From Ramazzottius varieornatus (Eukaryota; Animalia; Tardigrada): a stretch of 64,000 nucleotides of DNA. A model generated the notes under the pieces. It was not told the DNA's origin and made no database searches. It saw nothing but the letters and a program-made list of their open reading frames with translations. Below, piece by piece: positions 11,976 through 21,570 of the stretch. The number at the start of each line of letters is the position of its first letter. Positions within the stretch are counted from its first letter, which is position 1. The stretch covers positions 248,001 through 312,000 of the forward strand of contig BDGG01000005.1 of NCBI GenBank assembly GCA_001949185.1, written 5' to 3'. The position numbers were made by a program, and so were the translations under genes.

Positions 11976-14900
11976 ATGTTGGACCTAATGTTCCGACGTG
12001 TATTTCTAACGATATTGCCTTATGCTGCATTGGCCAATGTTCAGTCGGAGTTAACCGTTGACTTTGCCAAGGACTACCTGAAAAAATATGGGTATATCGA
12101 TGGATTGTCCTATCGTACGGCCAATCAAGCGACACTGGAAACTGCGGTGCGGAAGTTCCAAGAGTTCGCCGGCTTGAAACCATCCGGTAAGAACACAAAC
12201 GGTTTACATGCACCGCTTTATTTTCTAGCTAGCTCAAATGATTTGTTATTCCAGGTGTTTTAAACTCCGAGACGATCTCCAAAATGTCTCAGCCCCGCTG
12301 TGGAGTGAAAGATGTGATCACCCAGGGTTCTCCACGACGCACCAAGAGGCAGATCTTGGATTTCGGAAAATGGAACCATAATTTTCTGACGTATAGAATG
12401 AGCAAAGGACCTTCCACTCTCAGCACTGAGACGGCAAAGAAAGAAATACAGCGGGCTTTCGATATCTGGACTGGCGTGGCGAACCTATCCATACTACCCT
12501 TACCTGAAATGGACGTACTGACGAACCCGGATATGGAGATAACTTTCGTCAAAGCAGATCACGGTACTATAACCCAATTCTGCCGCTATAGACTCGGGGT
12601 ACCATCAACGTTGAAAGTTTATGGTTTTCAGGTGATCATGAACCATTCGACGGACCAAAAGGCATGCTTGGACATGCATTCTTCCCTCCGGTACGTACTG
12701 TTCGACTGAAGAATTCACACTTTCTGTGAAAAACTGTTATGGAAGATCATTCTGTTATGGTTTTCCAGTTTGGTGGAAACACTCACTTTGATGACGCGGA
12801 AGAGTGGACAGCGGACAGCATTATCGGCGTCAACCTATTCCAGGTGGCCACTCACGAGTTTGGACACGCACTGGGCTTGGGACACTCGAAGAACCAGAAG
12901 GCCTTGATGGCTCCATTCTACCAACCTTTCGCGCGGAATTTCTCCCTTCAGAAAGATGACATCAAAGAAATCCAGAAACTGTATGGAGAGCGCTTGCTTA
13001 TGTCTTCCGACAACCTTCCAGCAGCAGGTGTAGGGGAGTCCGACAACCCATTCAAAACCATCGAAGCTGTGACTCAATCGACAGTAATCGAGACTGGCGG
13101 TGAAACCATTTCGCCCGAGAACAGTACAGTTCCTCCTTCCGTCAATGAGGTTCAAACGATGAACTATACTTCGCTACCGTCAACTTTCAAGCCACAGCCA
13201 AGGTTTTATCCTCTTGGTGGCGGCTATGGTGGTGGCGGTTATGGTGGTGGCGGATACGGAGGTGGAGGTTACGGTGGTGGAAATCACGGTGGTGGAGGTT
13301 ATGGTGGTGGAGGTTATGGTGGTGGAGGTTATGGAGGTGGAGGTGCGTACGGTGCACCGCCCAGTTATGGTTACGCTCCGAATCCCTACGGTCCTCCGCT
13401 TTACGGTCCTCCGCTTTACGGTCCTCCTTCATATCAGAATTCCTACGGAAACGTACCCATAATCATCATTCCGGCCACGCCCGCACCTACAACGACCACG
13501 ACCACTGCAGCGACCACCACGACTACCGCAGCACCCACGTTTATCTATTATCCAGGTCGCCACTCTAAATTCCTGGCTGTGTTGTAGGAATTGGATTAAT
13601 GTGTATTTCCTTGCAGGTCCGTATAATCCGAACTACAGTCCGTACCCAGTCGGGGTACCCAACTACGGACCGTCATACAGCTACGCTCCACCAGCTTACA
13701 ACTCATATGGTCCCTCGTACGGATCCGGCTTTCCCAACTTTAACCCACCTTTCATCATTGTGGGAACTCCAACGACCACTGCGGCCCCAACCACAACCAC
13801 CACGACTACGACAACTACTACCGCAGCACCCATCGTTGTTTTCGCAGGTAGCGGGCTTGCTGGTGGTTATGGCGGTTTCGCAGGCGGCTTCAACGGTGCC
13901 TATGGGGGAGTGGGAGAGCTTGGTGGTGGAGGTTTCAATTTTGGGGGAGGAGGTCTAACGAGCGTACCTGCAGGCAGTACTGTCATTCAAGGTATCCCGA
14001 GGTCGAATATACTTACCGCTCGAACCCACAAGCTTGAACGAGCATGAAAAAAATGTCTAGTTTAGTAAGTGCCCAAACGGTTTATAGGTACCCCAAACTT
14101 CAACGTTGTCCAAGGTACGCTTCGCGCCCCACAGTTTATTCTTCCCGGTGGTGGGTTTCCGATCTTACGCGGATCCACCTTGGGCATATCGTTGCCAGAT
14201 GGGAAAGTGGAGCCTATTGAAGACCCTAACGGTGAACAGAGTTCCCTTAGCGCCTTGACAGTTGCCAACGATTCAGTTTCACACCAAGTGGAAGACGGCT
14301 TGGACGTGCTGATAACGCCGGAATGGAACCAAGAAGAGTCTGGCAACCGACCGTTCGACGCCGATGAGGTGAGCAACAAGGAAGCCAATACGCGGGCAGA
14401 CTTATGTAACAGCGTGGACACTCCGGACGCCGTGGTCGCTGTTGATGGTGGAAATCGCATCATTTTCAAAGGTTTGAAGTCTGTTTCGTCCAGAAAAACT
14501 GAAAAAGACGTTTGCCGAACTTGAATCGAATTCTGGTTTTTTCATATTTAGATTCGAGATACTGGTTCGCGAATAAGGCATGGGAAGTCGAGGCTCCCAG
14601 GCCGATAGCACGGTTGCACCCCAGCCTAACACGAGTTGATGCTGGTTACTTCAAAGAGCCTCACGTTTACCTGTTTCTGTCAGACAGCTACTATAAGTTA
14701 GAGGTCGACCCGTATTTCGATCTTGTGCTCATGCCTGACTTCCCCAAACCAATCTCGCTAGGCTATCCCGGGGTGCCAGATGGCCCGTTTGACGAAGTGA
14801 TCCGGCACGATTCGCGCTTATGGTTCTTTCAAGGACCTAACGTCACAGTGTATACGCCAGAGAAGTTTCCGCCTATCGATTCAAAGACCGGAAGGCTACA

Positions 14901-15102
14901 GCTGTCGGACCTCACCGGAATGCCAGAAAGAGTAACCGCAGCTTTCGTAGATGAAAGTGGTCGTCGTTCCTCGTTCATTTTTCATGATGGCGCTGCATTC
15001 AGATTAACGAGTTTTGAACCTATGCTGAAAGCTCGTGCACGAGGTTTCCCGCGTACGTTCTTTGAATGGATGCATTGCAGCGCTTCTAAGTCCTGGCCTT
15101 GA
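11976..15102 (+). CDS. Matrix metalloproteinase C with furin site and long Gly/Tyr/Pro/Thr-rich hinge
   Basis: Exons approx. 11976-12186, 12255-12563, 12632-12690, 12769-13555, 13617-13991, 14088-14471, 14552-15102, all phase-compatible. Signal peptide, PRCGVKD, RRTKR, HEFGHALGLGH, hemopexin domain ending WMHC. Confidence 0.92.
13216..13350 (+). repeat. Coding 15-bp tandem repeat encoding (GGGGY)n
   Basis: ggtggtggMggttaY units inside the MMP-C exon, followed by tandem tacggtcctccgctt (YGPPL). Confidence 0.95.
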
Positions 15103-15234
15103 CCGTTTACTCTTCCCGGTCGAAATTTTCGATACTGCAGCTCATACGGCGAATTTCCCTCCCCTCAAAATACTTAAGTTATCGTCTGTGCTGAATATCA
15201 AGTAAGAAGTAAAAAAATCTTGGAAATCATCTCT

Positions 15235-16367
15235 TCAATACATTTTTGTTGTGTCGGTATGCTGTAAGAAATCGATGATTTCGTCTTCGGTGGGTTCTTC
15301 GACCGACTTCCGCATTGCTTCGATGCAGTCAGTGATGTACTTTCTTTGGCGCTGGATAAATCGTACTTGTTCGGAAGCTATCTGCTGGATGTCATTCAGG
15401 GTAGGGTTGTCCAGGTTCTGCGGAAGTTCCAGCTCGGCATCCAGATGACTGGATGCGGTAGAAGGAAGGAACCTAGCTGTTGCAACTGCTTGCTGCGCTG
15501 TCTGCCGGAAGCCATCCTACCCAAAAATTCCAGTCGATGAGAACCGCCTTTATGACAACTCTTCCTACCAGTGAATCATTTGAAAAATTTGTTGCTTACA
15601 AGTGTGGCTCGGGCTTGGAGGTATGCAAAGGCTTCCGCATCCGATAAACCAGAGTCCTCGACACTGGGCTTCTCCTCTTGAACGCCATTGTTGGCAAGCC
15701 TAAAATATCAAGGCGTTGACCAAAACACCTAGTCATCGCCGAGAGGAACCACATACTTGCTATCTGCTGACTTTTCACCAAGCCGAAGAAAACCCTCGAT
15801 GAAGTCCGCATCATCCTTCAGAGCGTCCTGGAAAATGCCTCCACAAGCTTACGTATGACGTTACTGAACAGTCCAACGTAGAGCAACGACGACATGGATA
15901 ATTGATTGGCCAATTGATTGATCGTAACCAATCGGTCATAATTTCTAATTATTTCTGTTGTTGCGGAGTTGGGATGGTTTTGCAAGCTGGAGAGTAAAGA
16001 CTTACAGCGAGAGAAGCTTCCACATTATACGCAAGACTTTTGCCTGCAGTCTTGACGTTCCGAAATGAGGAAACATGAGATCCAGCTGCTCCCGAAGGTG
16101 TGAATGTCAGAGTGGGAGCGCTCCCCGAAATGCCCGTGTCCGACTCTGGTCTCGTCGTGTTCGTGTTGAGGCTACCGGCCGAACCTCCAACGTTCCGCTG
16201 GTGAGCGAGATCCGTGTTTGAGGTAGGAGTAGTGGAAGGCTGAAAACTATTCATATCGATGCGACGAAGCTTCTGCAAAGGGAACGCCGAGAGCAGAAAT
16301 CAAAATTAATATACAAGCAAGCAGCAACCTGTAAGGATCTGATTATTTTGTGTGACATCACTGACAT
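15235..16367 (-). CDS. Uncharacterised five-exon protein (about 250 aa)
   Basis: Phase-compatible GT-AG exons: MSVMSHKIIRSLQ | KLRRIDMN...EASLA | DALKDDADFIEGFLRLG... | LANNG...ARATL | DGFRQ...TTKMY*. The first exon is least certain. No family recognised. Confidence 0.6.
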
Positions 16368-16642
16368 GGTATGACGGTGTAAGCCAGTTGTTGCCGTGAC
16401 TCGTGAGCGGAACGGGCTATGTTCGTGTGCCTTTTGTCACTGCTACACGCTCTGTAGCGAATGGAGCGGCAGGCGCGCTTTCCCCTACCGGAAGTAAAAA
16501 CACCAAGATAAGTCTTCCAAATTCCCGAGGAGGCTGAGGTGTTATTCTAGATTTTACTGGTTCCTTAGACGGACAGTCGGATTGCGTCGGATACAGCTTA
16601 TCAGAGATCCGGTACGTCCTTTATTCTGCAGTAAGTACCAAA

Positions 16643-18099
16643 ATGCCTCGTAGCTTACCAGCGAAAAAGGAGCAGAGTCGGGAAGCTCAGAGACGATTCA
16701 GACGGATGAGAACGCCGCAGAACTTGCAAGCAGCGGCTGATGCGCTAAACGAGGTAAGCACCTGTTGCTGTCGTCGGCGTTGTCTTCCTTCTCGACGAAA
16801 ACTTCAAGTTGCGCAGTTGAGAAGTCCAGGCGACAGGCTGTTACATATCGTACGCAAAAGTTGCATGAACTGGTTTTCTGTTTGTAGCTGAACCACCCAT
16901 CCCAGTCGACCATTCGTGCAACTGGATCAGCCGAACACTTCCTGTCCAGCCAAGAAACTAAAGCCGCGAAGGAAGGAGGAAGTCGCAGTAAGAGAAGTCG
17001 ATCAGACGGAGCGGGCTCGAATGAGACACAAGCATCAAGTTCCTACTATGTCGACGCATCAATTCATAAAGATGTGGCTGCTCCTGCTGATTCCTTGACA
17101 CCAGATACTTCCGCAATTCCCGTAAAGCTCGCTACTTTTCAGTCAGACTGAGGCTACTCAATTAATACCTGCTCCTTTCAGGGTAAGGAAGAAGTGCTGG
17201 CAACGTTCCAGAATTCGCGAAGAGAGCTGGACAACAGTAGCTGGGCGGTGGACAGTCCAAACTCGTCAACAGCTCTAGATCCGAACAGTAGCTTGACGGC
17301 GCCATCCGACGTCAGCCTGATAGTTCCCCACAGTTTGAATCCCGGTACTAGTTTTACCAAAGATGGACAGTTGAATGAGACTCTTCCAGCGGACGAATTC
17401 CAAAGTTCCCGAACACAGGCTACACATACAAGAGACGACGATGTGGCGTCGGTTTCGGCGTCCTGGGACAACCGTTCGAGCGTCATCGAGAGAACACCCT
17501 CGCGCGGACACAGCACCACTCCTTCAAGCTCCCCCCAGAAGACTGACTTCAGAGATGCGGAAACGTGGAAAGAGCCGGATGAGTGGGACACGTCGTTTAA
17601 TCTAGAACCAGACAGTAATCAAACTATCGCTTCAGGCTCAGATGTCACTTTGGTAGACGTCCGAGTTTCGAGCCAACAAAAAGGTTTGTTCGAAGAGCTT
17701 GGTGAAGAGAAGGATGTGCTTGAGTTGACAGATGAGGAACAAGAGCCCCATCATGGCGTTGCACCGGACACACAACGTCAGGCCTTCATCCCGGAAACGC
17801 CTTCTCCTAAGAACAAGGTAGTTTCCACAAGCTGGTTCCTCGATGAGCTCGACAGCTCAGACATGTCACTCAACTTGGAACCCGACAGTGGCATGATAAT
17901 GGCTGTAGACGATATCGACATTACAGCGATCGGTACCCCAAATACAAGTCTGGACATGAACAACAGTTATCAGGCCGCTGACGAGAGCCAGGAGACCACG
18001 TTACTGGCGAAACCTGTCGATAAATCTTCGCTGTACAAAACCCGCTCAGTCAAGAAAGTATCGGAAACGAATTCCAATTTTTCTGGATTACTCGGATGA
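16643..18099 (+). CDS. Uncharacterised acidic Ser/Thr-rich, probably disordered protein
   Basis: Basic first exon 16643-16753 with gtaag donor, second exon from 16888, long third exon 17182-18099. Two D[TM]S[FL]NLEPDS motifs. Confidence 0.65.
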
Positions 18100-18360
18100 G
18101 GTACTTGGTCCGAGTTGCCGCATCTTGATGGATTTCCCCGAAGTCTATGCTATAACACATTGCAACTTCGATTTGAATTTTACGTCACTAAAGGTCCTCT
18201 TGTGAGCAGGACCACACAAATTTTTCTAGGATTTCTCTCATATACACTATGTGAATAAACGACAAAGAACTAGTTCCGTCCGATGGGAATGTAGTCACAA
18301 GATAAAGAAGTGTACCCTCTTTGAGAGCACACCTTACGCAGAATGCTATCAAGAACGAAC

Positions 18361-19005
18361 TCATTTGATTTGTGACCAATGTTCGGTAGGGCTCCACTTC
18401 AGCTGTTCCGTCATCTGTTCCAAGTAAGAAATTCGATGGTTCAGCAAGTCCCTCTGGGCTTTAGAGCTGTGCAGCAAGTCACTGGCCCTCTGTCGCAGAT
18501 TGTCCATATCTCTGGTCAGCTCGTCCACGGAGGAATCTCCAGTGCTTGTGGGCGTGAAGCTCGTGGGGACGTTGTGGCTTCTGGGACTGGCCATGAACAT
18601 CATGGACGACGAACTGGTCAGACCACGGGTACTTGGTGCTGCCAGGCCGCTCATCAGACCGGGCTTGGTGTGGGTCGTCTCATTCTTCCACGAAGGACCC
18701 GACAGGTTCTCGCTTTGACCCGGCATTCCAGGCAGGTTCAGCAGGTCGCGCGGGTTGGGTGGGGGGAGGCTCGCGCGGCCACGGATGGAATCGGTCAGCC
18801 CGATGAGGTCTCGCGTGTCGTTGAACTGGAGTCCGAACATCATACCCAGTTGGTCAGCCCAGGCATTTCCGTGAGCGGGAGTAAGGTACTCGCTGGGGAT
18901 GACGGCGTTCAGCAGCTTTTGCGTCGTGTTCTGCAGGGCGGCGCCACCGGTCTTGGTGTGGCAGTACAAGGCCAGTTTGGCGAATGACCCGGTCTTGGCC
19001 AGCAT
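18361..19005 (-). CDS. Uncharacterised 214-aa protein, single coding exon, C-terminal helical/coiled-coil segment
   Basis: ATG in caacATG context just after a splice acceptor; visibly C/G-rich third codon positions; heptad-like VDELTRDMDNLRQRASDLL...LEQMTEQLKW. Confidence 0.75.
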   Translation of the reverse strand: MLAKTGSFAKLALYCHTKTGGAALQNTTQKLLNAVIPSEYLTPAHGNAWADQLGMMFGLQFNDTRDLIGLTDSIRGRASLPPPNPRDLLNLPGMPGQSENLSGPSWKNETTHTKPGLMSGLAAPSTRGLTSSSSMMFMASPRSHNVPTSFTPTSTGDSSVDELTRDMDNLRQRASDLLHSSKAQRDLLNHRISYLEQMTEQLKWSPTEHWSQIK

Positions 19006-19325
19006 GTTGATGGGATAAGTAAATCACTAGTAAGAAAATACAACGAAAAAGGTCAAAGAATAAACGGAAGCATGCTCCTTGTACAGTTTAGGCGACAGGA
19101 TATCTTGGATTTGTCCTTGATAAAAACAGCCATTCTTGACGGTCACCATGACGCGCGATGCTTCGGTCTTGCTGTCTTTATCCGTTACTACTGAAACTGA
19201 GCTTTTTTTCCGTATAGAATTCACAGAGGTCTTCGCAAACGGCATTTTGTTCTACGCTTTACCCCGTATCACATTATACAAAGTTTTCGTAGCAAAGAAT
19301 GTACAGTCTACGGACTTCATAAAAT

Positions 19326-21072
19326 TCACTTTACTTTAGTTTCCTTTTTCATTCGTTTCAGCGAACTTCTGCGAACATGTTCATCCGAAAGATTTTGCTT
19401 AATTATAGGTAAATCTTTGTTCAAAAGTTCTTCTGGAGTTTTCTGAAAGTCGCTGTAGAACCACGCTTTCCGCAGCTCGTTGATCATTCTTCCGGTCTGC
19501 GGTCCCTGTGCTACTCCGCTCTCCAGCAGCATAGTTCCGCTGATTGGGAACCTTGGAACTTCCCACGCTTGCAAACGCTCGATCAGGTGCTTGTCTCCTC
19601 TGTACTTGAGCAGCTCTTCGCACCGACGTAAGGCTACTTTGGGGTTGGAAGTTAAGATCTCAACTGCCATCAGACGCTTGTAAGGAACGACAGGATCGCC
19701 ATCGGGTACAGTCGCGCAGTAGTTCAGCAGCTCGGGATTGGTGCGGTTTTTCAGGATGAAACGGACGATATCACAGTCTTCGTTCGACATTTTGATCCTT
19801 GCGTTCAACACATCAACCTGAAAACGGACTACCGTCAACATCTATCAATAAAGCCATTTTGCACATTGTAAAACTGGTACTTTGCATACTTCCGGGTCGC
19901 TGTGTAAGAGCGAAGCCAACATTGTGGCCGGAGCAGGCTGAAGTTCTTCCGCGAGTTTCCAAACCCTCTCCATTTCATCCAAGTTAGGATTCTCCGGGAA
20001 GCCTAGGTATTTCCCGATACCGAGCTCGAGCATTCGCCGGATTACAGCATCGGCGAACCGGCCTACGACGATTTTCCTAAGCTCCATCCACAAACGCTCT
20101 CCGGATATTCCTGTAAGTTAAGCACCGTTCACTCTACGGTCACTATTAAAACAATTTTGAAGGCACAAACAGAATGGAAAATAAAGACTTCGTACTTTTT
20201 AGACCAACCGAGTTTTGCCGAATTGCTTCCAGCGTTTCTTCGTCATGATTATCCGGCTTATCGCTTATCCGTCCGTAGAAACGTAGGTACCTCAAAATTC
20301 TGAGGAAGTCTTCCTGAATCCGTTTGGCAGGATCACCCACAAACCGTACACGCCTGTTTGTCAGGTCTTCTCTTCCGTTGAAGTAATCATACAAGTTTCC
20401 GTCCAAATCTGCAAGAACAACCCCTTCTTCCTTTTTATTCTCACATTCTTTCACCGTTACCTACGTACCTAGGAACATGGAATTGATGGTCAGGTCGCGG
20501 CGACTGGCGTCCAGCTCCCAATCTTGCGTGAACTCCACCTGCGCCCATCGTCCATCCGTAACTTTGTCAATACGAAGCGTGGTCACTTCAAAGTTTTCCT
20601 TATCGTCGATTCTGGCAGTAACTGTTCCGTGTTTTTCGCCATTAGTGTTGATCATTCTGATCTGCTTCTCTTCAAACATCTCGCGCATCTGGATCGGGGT
20701 AGCCACAGTGGCCAAGTCGATATCCACCGGTCGTATGCCCATCAAGATATCCCGTACGGCCCCACCGGCCATTCGAAGCTCATATCCGCGCTCTTTGAAG
20801 ATCTCCGCCAGTTTCTTCAGCTCGGGTGTATCTTCCAGAAGGCACCGGAAGACGGGTGATGTAATCTTGACCGGACCATCTTCTCTTGTCGTCGGCATGT
20901 CGACGTGCAGCTTGGATAACGAACGAGCTGGTGTTGTAGTGCCTGGACAATGTTCGGTCCGCAATCTTCCGTAATGAAGAGCTTTAATCGACCCAGCAGA
21001 TATCCCGGACAAAGGAGGAATGGAACAATTAACAAGGGAGAAGGCTTTCCTATAAAGGAGCTTGCAGCGCAT
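19326..21072 (-). CDS. TRNT1: CCA tRNA nucleotidyltransferase (class II), four exons
   Basis: [70 protein letters not shown]. Confidence 0.96.
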
Positions 21073-21256
21073 TTCGCACCACGACACGAGCAGGATGATT
21101 CCTCCACAGCCCCACCTTCAACAGTTACATCCTGTACTTTCTTCCCGACTTTCGAACTTGAAAACCACTAGATTTAAGAACACCTGAAGTTCTGTTGAAT
21201 CTGATGATTCTGAAAATCTGATCCGAAACAGAAAATTAATTAAAACAGAAGGCTCA

Positions 21257-21292
21257 GTCCAATCAATTAGTCCAATCAATCTAATTGATTGG
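21257..21292. promoter_or_regulatory. Cluster of three CCAAT pentamers (two forward, one reverse) between divergent genes
   Basis: gtCCAATcaattagtCCAATcaatctaattgATTGG. It may instead be intronic sequence in a TRNT1 5'UTR intron. Confidence 0.3.
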
Positions 21293-21570
21293 GGGAGCAA
21301 GGATCTTTTTGCACGGCGCCCTGGGGCCGGACGCATTTCTGAAAAGAGGTCATAATTTCGAAAAGGGACTACTGAGTACTGTAATGAGACGTTACTTCGA
21401 GTCCGTAAAGCAGCCATTTTTCATCTTTGATTATTTGCGAAATTTTGTATCCGTCTCGTTGAACGATCCCGAATTCCTTGTGCCTTGGTGAGGTTTGTGT
21501 TTGGACTCCAGAGGAAAGGAGACGTTGTTGACAAGAGTGAAGCCAGCTGAGTTCTGAACCACTGGATCTT

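Noticed and set aside
13187-13462. His-rich (minus) and Val-rich (plus) ORFs over the GGY repeat
   Set aside because: They are alternative-frame readings of the (GGGGY)n coding repeat of MMP-C.
16643-18099. KNL1-like kinetochore protein (MELT-like DMSL, LELT, DIT)
   Set aside because: No SILK or RVxF motifs and no C-terminal coiled-coil/RWD region were seen.
18379-18987. 202-aa plus-strand ORF antisense to the 214-aa gene
   Set aside because: Explained by the codon bias of the minus-strand gene; it also relies on an incidental start.
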